This document shows, in pieces, positions 1-15,280 of a stretch of DNA of 64,000 nt. The position numbers and the translations under genes are program-made. Positions within the stretch are counted from its first letter, which is position 1, and each line of letters begins with the position of its first letter. The stretch is from Octopus vulgaris (lineage: Eukaryota). The DNA lies in assembly GCA_951406725.2 (NCBI GenBank), contig OX597823.1, positions 56,668,001 through 56,732,000 of the forward strand, read 5' to 3'. The notes under the pieces were generated by a model that had not been told where the DNA came from, did not search any database, and saw only the letters and a program-made list of their open reading frames with translations.

Positions 1-231
1 CTTTTACTATAGCCTCGGGCCAACCAAAGCGTTGTGAGTGGATTTGGTAGACAAAAACTGGAAGAAATCCGTCTTACACACACACATATATGTATGCATG
101 TATGTTTGTGTTTCTGTGTTTGTCCCTCCAACATCGCTTGACGACCGATGCTGGTGCGTTTACGTCCCCGTAACTTAGCGGTTCGGCAAAACCAACCGAT
201 AGAATAAGTGCTAGGCTTACAAAGAGTAAGT

Positions 232-235
<4 letters not shown>
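1..235 (+). mobile_element. tRNA-derived SINE family A, partial (head lies outside the window)
   Basis: Colinear with the reverse complement of the full copy at 4305-4700 (agcctcgggccaaccaa...ggatttggtagac...cttagcggttcggcaaaa...taggcttacaaaga). Confidence 0.85.
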
Positions 236-283
<48 letters not shown>

Positions 284-929
284 TGCTTGTCCTCACCACC
301 ATTTAGCAAAAGGTGCTTTGTTTACGCCGTCGCAAATTAGCAGAACGACAAAAGTGAACGATAGATTTAGTACCAGAATTATTCATAAGTACTGTGTTCG
401 ATTTGTTCGACTAAACTGTTCAAGATAAAAGGACAAAACACAGTTTTTTCGGTTGTTTAGTCCCATGTCATTCTGGAGCCATAAGAATTATTACCAAAGA
501 TTGCCTCGTACAAGCTTTTCCGTCCTATTTCTTCCGATATAATCCTAAACAAAACCTATCAACTAATATATCCAGACATTGTTTTATTTAAAAGAAAACA
601 AGGTAATGGGCATGATTTTAAAGAAAATTGGGGCTGCTATTTCTAGCATATCTGTGAAAGCTAAAATAAAAACTGAACAGCAAAGTTGTTAGATATACGA
701 TTTGAACCAAGATTTTTCAAATAACAGGATAAACACTTGAATAATTCTGATACACTCTGGCAAGGTTTCGTTCTAGTCATTTGCTCGGTGCCGGTTTTTC
801 AGGTCTGCGAATTCCTGATTGATGTTTCTTCCCAACCCAAAATGTCTCCGATAACATTATAAATGTATGAATTATGGAATCAATGAGAATCAATTATAAA
901 GATTATATATATGTATACATTTATGTTTG

Positions 930-984
<55 letters not shown>

Positions 985-1042
985 GCATGTATATATGCAC
1001 ACATTGATACACACGTATGCATATATACAAATTATATACATA

Positions 1043-1099
<57 letters not shown>

Positions 1100-1145
1100 A
1101 TTACAATGATAATATCTCACTATCAATCAATCATTCAGTCAATTA

Positions 1146-1230
<85 letters not shown>

Positions 1231-1455
1231 CTCGCTCACCGCTTACATTATTTGTATGTACACACATATAAAAAGATGCATATCTAAAATATATTTATGA
1301 GCATATAATAATAACACACGTACACACACACATGTATATATACACTCATATATACTCACACACACGCACACACACACACATATATAAATATATGTATATA
1401 AGCGCACAAACATATATAGCTTCATACACCTGTTCAAACTATACAAATCTTGGTT

Positions 1456-1543
<88 letters not shown>

Positions 1544-1831
1544 TACTTACCTATATACTTGAATGTATATGAATATTCACATATATGGACACATACACAC
1601 GCATATACAGTGACAGACTGCGCGTGTACGTGCGTGTGGTCCACGTGTATGATTCTATTGTGTGCGAATGCGTTTGGAGTTGTTCCTTGTCGTTTATAAT
1701 ATCGAATTATTGATACCAAATTCATACCAATTATCTTACTTATAAAATATATACCTTTGATATTATTTAACACGCACACCGACATACACGCACGCACACA
1801 GACTCACACACAGACACGTGCGTACGTACGT

Positions 1832-1868
<37 letters not shown>

Positions 1869-1997
1869 TATATACATGAAAACACATATGTATGTATGTA
1901 TACATATCCTATATAAGCATACACACGTATTTCCGTCTTGAGCTTTCTTCTGTTTGTAAACACAAAATGATACACACGCTCGCATGCAAACACATAT

Positions 1998-2074
<77 letters not shown>

Positions 2075-2396
2075 GACATATAAAACTGCTCTCAGCTGAC
2101 CCTGAGCCATTATACATACGTAAACGCATATATACATATACATACATACACATACACACATGTGTGCACGCGCACATAGACATATATTTATGTATATATA
2201 TGTATATACAAATCCCTCCACTCATAATATATTCTCACTATATCATCAAATATATTGTGTCAGTAAACGGTAACTGAATACTTGGAGTCCAATGTAGCTA
2301 TATATATATATATACATATATGTATATATGTATATGTATATATATGCATATGTATAGATATACATATATTTGTATGTATATATTTATATACACATA

Positions 2397-2438
<42 letters not shown>

Positions 2439-2504
2439 CTGTATATATATGTAATATATATTTGTATGTATACATGTATATGCATATATATATATATATA
2501 TATG

Positions 2505-2544
<40 letters not shown>

Positions 2545-4200
2545 ATGTATATATTTATATATATATACGCTCGCGCGCGTACACACACATATGACTAAGA
2601 TTATAATATGGCTGAAAATATAATATAACTGGCCGAACACATTTTGGTAACGTTGTTGTAGCTAAGTATGAACAACCTGTTATCGTACACAACATTAACC
2701 ATCTCTGCAAACATCTGTCGATGTTTGGCATGTTTTTCATAAACATCACACATAATCAGTATTTAATTAAAGACAGTTACAGAAATAATAAAGAAGGTGG
2801 AATTTGTTTAATCAAAAGACTGTAAAATATGATTAATATTCCGGTTTCTTTTCATAATTTCAGTCAAGATTCTTTTGACTCTTGTTTAAATAATGCCATT
2901 CCACTCATCGCTACATGACTAGGTTGCTTTACTGTAAATACCCCCCCCAAACACCCACATACTCTCCACCACCCGTCAGCTTTCTTCAAATTAATGTCAC
3001 TACAAAAAGTACCTTATATCTTGATATGGGCTTGCTTTAAAACTTATAAACATGATTGCTCGTTGAACCTTGCAATAGATCAAAAGCCAATTTTTCATTC
3101 GCATTTTGTCCGATTAAGTACTTGCTCTGCGGACCGTGATAACTTTCTTTTCTTCTATCAGTTAGGTAGGTAAGACTCTTGGAAACGAATGACCGAACGG
3201 ACAAATGAACGAACAAGCGAACGAACGTGGACCCTAATGCTAAAAGACGTCTTCAGATACGCCCAAACGCTTTCACTAATTGGAATCAACAATCACCTTA
3301 CAATCAATCATAAAAGAGACCAAGCGAAAATAAGTTCCGGTGAGTGTAGGAACCCTTTGTTTTGACAAGTTGTCGTCGTCTGTGTTATATGCTTGGCTAG
3401 GTGATATTTAATATCGATAGAGTTGTTAGCAATACTAAATTACCATCAGTTTTCACTAAAGGCTAAAACAACAAGAAAATATGGCGTTGCATTAAAGGCA
3501 AATAAACTTTGAAGTGATTTAGACGGGTAAAAGAATAACAAACAAACAAAAAAAAAGAAATAGAATATACAGAAATAAAATAAACTAAAATATCAAGAAC
3601 AAGAAAAAAATTACGAGATGGCTTCAAACGTACCTTTTACAAAAATATAAAAAAAAAACAGAAAAAGGAAAGAAACGAAAAAGGAAACACCACATACCAA
3701 ATGAAAAAAAAAAAAAGAAAGAAAATACTGAGGTGAAAAAAAAACACCCCAACAAACGAACAAACCTACAAACATTGGCGTAAGAGATTGGTTATTCAAG
3801 TGTATGAGACTTGCACAATATAGAGAGAAAATACACTGAGGATAAAGGTGAGTTGTGAGGGCGGATGAGGGAGAAAAACGAAGGTGAATATGAAGAAGAA
3901 GAAGAAGAGAGAAAAAAAACTGGAAGCAAATGTAGGTAGGTAGTCTGTGATTTATTATCTTTATTATTTTTTTTTTTAACTTAATCATTAAAGTTTTTAT
4001 CCTTTGAAGTGCTGTCAATCAATGTTTATGATGATAAAATTGACCAATGAAATCTTGCGATGATGAAATTGCTTTCTGATACGTTCATTGCTGTTTGAAT
4101 GAAGTTCATAAATCATCGACTTTTTGACACTAACTCTATGTTTGGTTCACTCGCAGAGGGCTTGTCATGCAAAAGGCGATCTTACTATGTTAAACCTCAC

Positions 4201-4294
<94 letters not shown>

Positions 4295-4304
4295 TTCTCT
4301 ATTT

Positions 4305-4699
4305 TCTCTTTTACTTGTTTCAGTCATTTGACTGCGGCCATGCTGGAGCACCGCCTTTAGTCGAGCAAATCGACCCCGGGACTTATTCTTTGTAAGCCTA
4401 GTACTTATTCTATCGGTCACTTTTGCCGAACCGCTAAGTGACGGAGACGTAAACACACCAGCATCGGTTGTCAAGCAATGCTAGGGGAACAAACACAGAC
4501 ACAGAAACATATACACACACATACATATATATATATACGACAGGCTTCTTCCAGTTTCCGTCTACCAAATCCATTCACAAGGCATTGGTTGGCCCGAGGC
4601 TATAGCAGAAGACACTTGTCCAAGATGCCACGCAGTGGGACTGAACCCGGAACCATGTGGTTGGTAAGCAAGCTACTTACCACACAGCCACTCCTGCGC

Positions 4700-4700
<1 letters not shown>
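4305..4700 (-). mobile_element. tRNA-derived SINE family A, full length
   Basis: Minus strand starts GGCGCAGGAG-TGGCTGTGTGG (A box) ... GGTTCAGTCCC (B box) and ends GGCGGTGCTCCAGCATGGCCGCAGTCAAATGACTGAAACAAGTAAAAGAG. It is inserted in a (TATC)n tract. Other copies or fragments lie at about 20835-21062, 24585-24970, 35405-35810, 41380-41550, 57430-57630, 60320-60515, 61340-61540 and 62565-62670. Confidence 0.9.
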
Positions 4701-4791
<91 letters not shown>

Positions 4792-5445
4792 TAGCATTCG
4801 AATACATTATTTATTTTGCTATTTTATTTTCAAGCACGGCTCAAATTTTGCAGAAGTCAAAGGAAAGTATGTCAACTGTATTCTATACCCCATTATCTAA
4901 CTGGTATAAGTTTTCTTTTTTCGATTCTAGAATGATGACAAATAATGGCAGCCTCGACGAAATTTCAACATCGAACTTACATAGACAAAAATAAAATGGT
5001 AATTTATTTCAGACTTCAGAGTGGTGCATAACATAATTTTGATAAACATATATATTAGATATATTAAATTATAGCTAGGCTTGCTATGGAAGAAATTAAA
5101 AGTTAAACATAAAATTTAGCGAAAGAAACACGTCTACTTAGTAAAGATATTTTGTCGCTAGACGTGTTACCTCGTTAAATTGTGTTTCAGCTCCAAATTG
5201 AACATTTTAATACATGTAATCTATTTAGTTAGTCTAGAGATTGTTTCCTGCTGTCGTCATCAACTGCCTTTCACTCTCCCTGTACTTCTCCACCCCCACA
5301 CATACAGAAACACAAATGCACATGCATACATACATACATACATACATGCATACATACATACATACATACACACACACGCATATACACACATACACTAATA
5401 TGTGTATATATATATATAGATAGATATATTATTCTCTCTCTCTCC

Positions 5446-5477
<32 letters not shown>

Positions 5478-5546
5478 TATTCTTAAACAATCTTATTGAT
5501 AGTATCTTCGAAGTTTTGGCCAGTTAAGCCGTCGTCGGACTGCCCC

Positions 5547-5593
<47 letters not shown>

Positions 5594-5886
5594 CTCTCTA
5601 TATATATGTATATATATATATGTACTTAAATATCTTTCTATCTATCTATCTATATATATATATACATACATACATGTATATACATATGTATTTATTTATA
5701 TATTTATATGTGTGTATGGGTATATGTGTATGTACATAAATATATTTTTACATAAGTACGCGTACATATGTATATATATACTATATGCATAGATGACTAT
5801 ACGCACAAACGCACACACACACACCAAGCATGTGCGTGCGCGTATACACACAAATACACTTAACTATGCAGGCATCAATCTAGTAT

Positions 5887-5926
<40 letters not shown>

Positions 5927-6084
5927 AACACGATTTTTATGCCTCCTTTGTTCAGAAAGGGCTTGATGCATTGGTGAGAAGTCAACGATATTGGAGAGTA
6001 TAATGAAGAAAGCCGTAGTTGAGAAAAAGTCAGCATGTAGAGGACTGGAAGCCATTTGAATATTGGAAAAGTGTTGTTTGTATT

Positions 6085-7070
6085 ATGATGATTCGTGCCG
6101 GCTGTCAAAATACTGAAATCATGACTGCTCTGTGGACATTGTAAAGGCTGAAAGATGTAACATGGACATCATGAAAACTAAGTTCCTCAAACTCTGTAGG
6201 TTTTGGGGTATGTTTTAAGTGACGGTGACGGTGACATCATGCCGCCCCACATCCATAAACAGGGTTTAAAGCTCAATTCAGACAGCTATGTGAAGCAGCT
6301 GGAGTCTGTGGTCGAACCTTGGCTGGAGAGGATTGCTGCGGAAAGTTTATGCGTGGCGACAGGATTCGGTTCTTTGTTAGGCGAGACAAGCTGACACTGA
6401 ATTAGGTGACGGTCGTTTAGAGAATGCGTGGGCTAAAACTGCGCGCCTTCATTGGTCATTTAAAGTTGAGACAGTGTCACGTGACAACTTGCTGGGGCTG
6501 CCTGCTGGAGCCTAGCAGCAGGTATTTAAAGGGAAAAAATTTGGCAAGTCAGTCAGTCGCCCGCTGATACTCGTTGACGCTACATCGATGAGGCCAGGGA
6601 ACAGAAGAAAGAAGAAAGAAGACATGCACCCAACACCAGAGCTGAAGACACCTTCGAAAAAGGGGCCCCACCACGTCAAAACGGTAGAGGAGTAGGGGCC
6701 AAAACCGGACGTGGTTCCTCCTGATGATGTCTTGAGCCAACTAGATCCTATGAAGGAGCTGTTGTGGTAGCAGACCACGAAACACGGTTGAAATTCCTCC
6801 TTCCGGAAAGAGTCAGAAGTGATTGTCGGAGAATTTCTCCAACTTCACTAACACCAATTTTTGTACTCCTATCCCCCCACACACATACACACACAGACAC
6901 CCAATATAAAACTATGTGCGGGGCGCAGTTAGAAAGACACCAACCACTCTGCCTGCAGCACCAAGGACTAGTTAGTGGTCAAGATCAATGAGTTATTCCG
7001 AAGATTGCACCAGGTTCTGGAACCGTCTTCAGGCCTTGGTGGAAACTGAAGACGGCAACTTTGAATAGCT
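6085..7070 (+). pseudogene. Degenerate Tc1/mariner DD37D (maT-type) transposase, interrupted by an insertion at about 6375-6800
   Basis: Translates to MKTKF...SDGDIMPPHIHKQGLKLNSDSYVKQLESVVEPWLERIAA...WRQDS. After the insertion it continues SGKSQK*LSENF...RFWNRLQALVETEDGNFE*, matching the DD37D catalytic region and C-terminus. Confidence 0.8.
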
Positions 7071-7129
7071 GGGGCATACCGACAAATGGTTTGAGCACTA
7101 TCTTGCACATAGTCATGGACAGGCTATTC

Positions 7130-7564
7130 AGTTCGCGCCGAATACGAATCAGGTACCAGAATTGGCGAATAGAAAATGTGTTGTTTTCCGTCAGGATAAT
7201 GCCAGACCTCACATTTCTTTGGTGACCCGTCAAAAAAATTATTGCAGCTTGCTTGGGATGTGTTACCCCACCCGCCACATTCACCAGACATTGTTCCTTT
7301 GGATTTTCATTTATTCAGTTCCTTGCAAACTAATCTCAATGGTAAAACATTTTAATTCTTTGGAGGACAAAAAAACCGCGTTAATGAGTTCTTTGCCAAG
7401 AAACCACTGAAATTCTGGGAAGACGGAATTTTTAAGTTAAAGGAAAAATGGAGAAAAGTTGTGCAGCAAAATGGTTTATATTTAGTTGAATATATATTTA
7501 ATGGCATACTTTTTTCTTTTAATTTCCTCTAAAAATCAGCATGAACTTTCCCGGAAACCCAATA
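7130..7564 (+). pseudogene. Mariner (DD34D) transposase 3' fragment with right TIR
   Basis: PELANRKCVVFRQDNARPH, then a frameshift, then LLQLAWDVLPHPPHSPDIVPLDFHLF (YSPDLAPSD motif). Ends in a TIR-like ...aactttcccggaaacccaata. Confidence 0.85.
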
Positions 7565-8762
7565 AGAGAGCCGACAATGGTCGATCGAGGGCTATTTCGT
7601 AACGTTATCTCTCAATAATTAAGCATGAAGCTGTAAAGAAGCTAGAAGTGGAGATCTTTCAAGCGCATTGGCAAAACAACTGCGTCCAGAACTAACTGAT
7701 GTCGTTTTCTGAAAAAAAAATTGGTAAACTAGTGACATCAATTAAAATCCTCTTTTAAACCAAATACAAAATCGTCTGAAACAGGCAGAAGATAACATGA
7801 AGGTCGACTTTTCAAAAGTTTTGTTTACGTACGCGACTCATGCTACCCTTGATGGGCCTGGTGTTTGGAACATAGGTTGCGTTGTAAATGGTAAATGGAG
7901 CAGTGGTTGCGTTGTAAATGGACGAAATCGTCATAAATTCTTGATACGCCGACAAGAGGGAGGAGACCTCATGATTTGCGCAGGTATTATTGAAGGTATT
8001 ATGGTTGGTCCTGGGAAAGTGCCTGACGATGTTAAAATTGCCACAGATACTTACATAGCCTTTCTGAGTGAGTACTTTGGACCTTGGTCTAGAAATAAAG
8101 GATTGCCTTCAAGACAACCTTAATATTCATGCAAGATAATGCACCATCACATCCAGCGAAGGAAACTAAAGAGTATCTGCAACAATTAGGCTTCTGTGGA
8201 ACTGGGAGATGAAGTGGCCTGCCTGTTTCTCCGACTTAAACTTGTGGAGTATTGTAAAACAACGAGCTTACGAGAATGGACGCTAATTTAGGAGCAAGTA
8301 TTAACTATGGTTGGCAATAGTGGATGCATCTCGTGGTATAACATCAGAGGAGATCCACAGATTAGCATGTTCCATGGATCATCGCTTTTTCCAACTTATT
8401 TCAAACAAAGGCTCATATATCCCTTACCAACCAGCTCACATATAATTTATGAACGAATTTTATTCATTTATCTTTTTTTCCATGTTTATGACTGTATGTG
8501 TTCATTTCACTATGTACATCAAAGAACTGAATTGGCATTTTCTTGTTTATATGAATTTTAATTACACTTTGCTAATAATATGAAGGAGTGAAAGTTTACG
8601 TAAATTTGATAAATGGCCGTAGTTTTACGGAACCTCACTTGTTTTACACACCACTCGCATATAACTGATGCCATCATTCTGTACAAATTTCGTTGAATAC
8701 TAATGAGCAGTTTATAAATAAAATAAAAAATGATATGTCGTTAAGAATTTGAAACACAGTGT
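7565..8762 (+). pseudogene. Degenerate Tc1-family transposon (DD37E/TRT-like)
   Basis: MKVDFSKVLFT..ATLDGP.VW...RRQEGG...MICAGII...KVPDDVK, then IFMQDNAPSH and MKWPACFSDLN..WSIVK in other frames, with several frameshifts and stops. The right boundary is approximate. Confidence 0.8.
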
Positions 8763-8764
8763 AA

Positions 8765-8845
<81 letters not shown>

Positions 8846-9469
8846 AATCAAATAAGTAACAAGGATGTCCAGGTGTCAGTGCATTACGGTCGTTTCAAGC
8901 GGTTCCATTTAATCAATGCAAATATTACATCAATTTGAGATAAATGTATATGAACACATATACATGTATATAAATATACATATAGCTTGTTATTCTTTAT
9001 CAAAAACTGACCTGTGAGGAAACGTAATGAAACGCCCTAATGAATAGGAGTGGCAGCGCTCTCGTGCCAATCATGGAATTTCGAGGAATTTGGATTATCC
9101 TTTGGCGAAAGAGCAAATGCCCTCTCCTGCGTGATTTCTCTTGCCTACAGGTGCCGGACCAATCATAAATACCATATTCGGTAATTGATATCTCCTCAAT
9201 TTACAGCAAACTTACTGGGGTTAGTGCAGCTTGTCCTCTATTTTTACCTTCTTCAAGTCGAATTCGAAGAAGTTGATGAGTGATTGGCGAAATGGTTAAG
9301 TGTCAATCTTTAGTCTGTTCAATGAAGCCCACCAGAGAAACTCTTTTCACCATAACAACTACAACAAGAAGAAGCAAAATATCAACATCATCATCACCAT
9401 AGTCATTATCATCATAAACAACAGAAGTGTATGGTGATGACAATGACGAGAATGAGAACGACGGTATGA

Positions 9470-9551
9470 TGGTAATAATAATGATAATAATAACAATAAC
9501 AACAACAACTATAATGATAATAACAACAATAATAATATCAATAATAATAAT

Positions 9552-9592
<41 letters not shown>

Positions 9593-9786
9593 TAATAATA
9601 TGAACAACTATAATGATAACAACAACAACAATAATAATAATAATAATAATAATGATAATAATAATGATAATAATAATAATATCAATAATAATAATAACAA
9701 CAACAACTATTATGATAATAACAACAATAATAATATCGATAATAATAATAATAATATCAATAATAATAATAATAATAATAATAATG

Positions 9787-9821
<35 letters not shown>

Positions 9822-9869
9822 CATATGAACAACTATAATGATAACAACAACAACAATAACAATAATAAC

Positions 9870-9908
<39 letters not shown>

Positions 9909-9969
9909 TATAATAATAATAATAATAATAATAATAGTAGTAATAATAATAATGATGATAATAATAATG

Positions 9970-10057
<88 letters not shown>

Positions 10058-10058
10058 C
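9470..10058. repeat. Imperfect (AAT/AAC/GAT)n microsatellite with internal duplication
   Basis: Triplet tract; the block atgaacaactataatgataacaacaacaacaataa recurs at about 9600 and 9825. Confidence 0.95.
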
Positions 10059-10501
10059 GGTATTCTACTTGACTTCACGTTGCCCGGATGTTTCATTTGT
10101 AAACTGTAAAGGTAGCTTGTACAAAAAATTTCAACTGATGTTAGAGTTTTATAAAAATCGGAGGCCGAGAAATCGTATTAAGAGTCTTGGAAAAAATGTC
10201 TGCTGAAAAAAGACAAAAAAAAAAAAGGAGAAAGTGAACCAAAAAATAAAAGTCAAATAAACAAGGAGAATAAACAAAAAAAAAATGTGTGTGTGTGTGT
10301 GTGTGTTTTGCTGTTGATAAAACAGCTATGTTATCAGTTGAAAAAATAGATAAGACAAATCAGATATATAAAAAAAATATATACAGATGAAAAAAAAACA
10401 GAAAAAAATAATATAATAAAAGATTTCTTTTATATTCAGAATTCACTTAATCTAAAGAATTACAAACAAATAAAAGCAACATCAGCAACAACAGGTACAA
10501 G

Positions 10502-10551
<50 letters not shown>

Positions 10552-10725
10552 CAAAATATAAATAAAAACAAACACGAAAAGAAAACGCCCACAAAAAAAC
10601 AAACAAACAAAAAATACAATAATACAAACAGAAAAAAATGCGATGTCCGAAGCAATATTAGAAGTTATAGAGCAAAGTTGATATACGTACATACATACAT
10701 GTTATATGTATATATATATATTTGA

Positions 10726-10784
<59 letters not shown>

Positions 10785-11225
10785 TATAGCCATGTATGTA
10801 TAAATATTTCTACACGCAAACACATACACACATACACGTACACACACATACACACACACGCACATACACACATATATAGATCTCAGTATGTAGAACGAAA
10901 CATATATACATAGATATATGTATATATATACATATATATATATTATATATATATATATATATACATATATTTATATATATATATATACAAAGATACATTA
11001 TGTATATATATATATATATATACACACACATATGTAATGCACATACGCATATATATTTACATGCATTAACATGTGAACACGCACAGGTGCACGCGCGGGT
11101 GCGAAAGTGCACACGTGTGCATCTGGGTGCACGTGCTAACTCTACACACTTGTGTGTATGTGTGTAAGTGCCTATGTATGAGCTTGTGTGCGCTATTGTT
11201 CACATGTATCTATGTACATACATAC

Positions 11226-11294
<69 letters not shown>

Positions 11295-11686
11295 TATATA
11301 TATGCATACATATATATATATATATACACACTTGCATATGTGGGCATATATTTATACACACAGACACACACATATGTATGTAAGGTAATCATAAATACTG
11401 TGTCCACATGGAAAAATCGCTTATGCATGAATTTATTTGTTAACCTATAGACATTCTGTGTTGTATATAGAGAAAGGTTGACGTACATATAGGTAAATAT
11501 ATGCATGTATGTTTGTATATAAATATAAATGTATCTATACAGATATAACACACACACACACACGCATATATATATATATATATGTCTGTGTGTGTTTTGT
11601 ATGTATGTGTGTTTTTATATGTATTAATGTGTATATAATTATATTTATATACAAATGTAAATGCATGTGTGTGTATGTGAATGTCA

Positions 11687-11723
<37 letters not shown>

Positions 11724-12284
11724 CAGTGTATATATGAATATGTAAATATGCGTGTATATATATATATGTGTATCTGTGTGTATATATATATATACCGACA
11801 TACGTACATACACATACATATATATATTCATAAAATTATCCGTATATGAATGTATTTATGTAGACATATATGCTGGTGCATGCAAGCATATATTGATACA
11901 TACATACATACATACATACATACATACATACACACACGCACACATCGTACACGAAAATAAGTATTCATTTTCATGACTATATGAGTACGTGTATGCATAT
12001 ATATATACGTATATATCTTTGTGTGTATATATATATATATACAAACACATGCACATACACACACGTATATGTTTAAGTGTAAGTCTCCCTCTAACTCTCC
12101 CTGACTCTCTATAAGTCTGCCTACTACTCTCTACAATATCTCTTTCTCCACACACACACACAAGCACACGCATCTACACTTATGTGTTTATGTATACATG
12201 CATATATATTTCTACACACATACACACATGTATATGTAATATAAATATATATAAACATATATACCTATATGTACTTATATGTAT

Positions 12285-12343
<59 letters not shown>

Positions 12344-12350
12344 TATATAC

Positions 12351-12387
<37 letters not shown>

Positions 12388-12522
12388 AATATATGTATAT
12401 ATAAATATATATATATATACATATATATATACACTAATATACAGACACACATATATATACGCACACACACACACATACACACACACATATATATTCGTGC
12501 GTGCGCAGACATACATACGTAC

Positions 12523-12577
<55 letters not shown>

Positions 12578-12716
12578 GCAGAGACAATAATCTCAGTATT
12601 TGTGTTATTCAATGGTATGTTTATAATGTTACCAGCTTTTTTTTTATTTATTGAAACCCTTTGATATCTATACCGTATTAGTCTTTCTTCCTTTCATTCT
12701 TTCTCACTTTTATTAG

Positions 12717-12778
<62 letters not shown>

Positions 12779-12793
12779 TATACATATATATAC

Positions 12794-12846
<53 letters not shown>

Positions 12847-12944
12847 TACATATATATACATATATGTATATATATGTATAAGTATATATATGTAAACGTG
12901 TATGTATATATATATATACACACATACATACATACATACATACA

Positions 12945-12980
<36 letters not shown>

Positions 12981-13452
12981 TATATGGTGTATATTATATT
13001 ATTTCATTTTACGCCGACACTTAACAAATGTGTCTGGTGTTTTGTAAAATCTGAAAGTGATATTATTTTCAATGGAAGAGAACTGTAGCAAAAAAAAAAA
13101 TAAATAAAAAAACAAAAAACAATATAAATTAAAGAATAAAAACATACATAAAAATATATATTACAAATATAACAGAAAATCTAGAAAAAATATATGCAAA
13201 ATATCAAATAAATAAATTGAAGATGTTTTTGAAGTAGCCATAATAAGAAATGATTCAGACAAATTTTATTCCAAATTGGCCATTCGCTGTAATATTTATA
13301 CAGATTTTCGTTTTATTTTTCCATTTCTTATGGTTATATATATTTGTACGTACGTACGTACGTACGTACGACCGTACGTATGTATGTATGCATGTATATA
13401 TGTGTGTTCATGTGTGCGTGTGTGTCTTTGTGTTTCTGTGTTTGTATGTAAG

Positions 13453-13541
<89 letters not shown>

Positions 13542-13839
13542 GTACATAAGTGTTTGTACGTAGTGTATGTATGCATTCTTATGTATTTGTATCACTGTAT
13601 ATTTATATGAAGATATGTATGTATGTATGTATGTATCTATCTATCTATCTATCTATCTACCTATCTATCTATTTATCGCTCTCTCTCTCTCACGCTTGAT
13701 ATATATATATATATATTTTATATGATATATACATACAATGATATATATGTATATATGTATGTAAACACATACAAGTATATCTGTGATTCTTATATATGTG
13801 ATTCTTATACGTTCATATGCACCTATGATTATACACACT

Positions 13840-13871
<32 letters not shown>

Positions 13872-14334
13872 TATGAATGTATGTAGATATGTACGTTTGT
13901 GTATATGTATACCCACCTGTATATGTATTTATATGTATTTATACGCGTGTGTCTGTGCGTTTTCGTTTTTATGTCTATGCGTCTTCGTATGTCCACTATA
14001 TTTGTATTTTGCTGTAACATTGTTTGCAGAATATTGGGGTATGTCGTCGCTGGGGTGCTCTGTCGAGCTGTGGCGTAGAGACAGATATGGTATGACTTTG
14101 CCTTGGCTGTTGTTGTAGTGTAGCGTTCTGTCGTGGTATACCGGCGCGTAAATGTGAAAATGAGTTTCTTTACTTCATTCTTAATATGTGGGATATTTGT
14201 AGTAAGGTTTTGCTGTCACATAAGTGACCTGAATCAGAAGTATGTATGTATAGTGATATATATGTATGTATGCATGATTTTTTATATGAATATACGTATA
14301 TATATCAACTTTAAATAATCAGAAAATTGAGATG

Positions 14335-14379
<45 letters not shown>

Positions 14380-14543
14380 CACATAATCGGAAAATGGAGA
14401 AAACTATTAATATTCTGTTGTTACCTGAGCATAGTGTGCATGCATACCCATGTCCGGGGATGTCACAGGTAATTGACACCGACAGCAAATACGGATACCA
14501 TTACCTCCTAGTCGGTTACTACAACCGCTAACTCTGCTTACCG

Positions 14544-14597
<54 letters not shown>

Positions 14598-14829
14598 ATG
14601 TATAAATGTGTGTGTATGCATGTATGAATGTACATATGTGTTTCCATGTACGTATGAATATGAATACATGCAGATGTCATCGTGTGTGTGTGCTTGTGTG
14701 TTTGAGTATGTGTACGTGTATGTATGTTTGTATGCGTGTGTCTATATATAAACACATACACAAATATACGTTCACAAACATATAGAATTATATAAGTGAA
14801 CCATATACATGTAAAAACTAGACAACAAA

Positions 14830-15240
14830 GGTTCTGTTCTTCAGGTTCCTGGTCCTACCTGTCTAGACTTCTAGTTGCTAGAGTTTGGCACTGTCAGAGA
14901 CCGTTAGGAGCCACATGAACTCCTTTGACGTCAGGACACTTCCCAAGATTATTGGTTGCCATTATTAGGATTTCGTATTCAAGCAACATCTATACTCAGA
15001 AAATGAGAAGTGTCAGCTCAGACTGTTTGATTATGTTGCTCAGTTTTCTGAGCTAGATCCTGCATATCGTGTTCTCTTCTCTGAAGACCCGGTTGAGGTG
15101 ACAGCTCGTGTTGGTCGGCTATATGCCACATGGTCACGGTTGAGGAAGAAGTACCTCGCAGAGGTGGGGACTGACTGGGACACTGCTCCAAAATGTCACC
15201 AAATGGAAGATACAGAAATGCGCTGCAAAGGTACATGACC
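14830..15240 (+). mobile_element. Degenerate RTE-clade LINE, ORF2 C-terminal fragment
   Basis: ...KCQLRLFDYVAQFSELDPAYRVLFSEDPVEVTARVGRLYATW... resembles the RTE C-terminus (RQLRLYGHVAR..DPAHR.L...RPRGRP..W). Confidence 0.65.
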
Positions 15241-15280
15241 TGTACAGATGTGAATTTGCATCTGTGACTCGATTACATAT

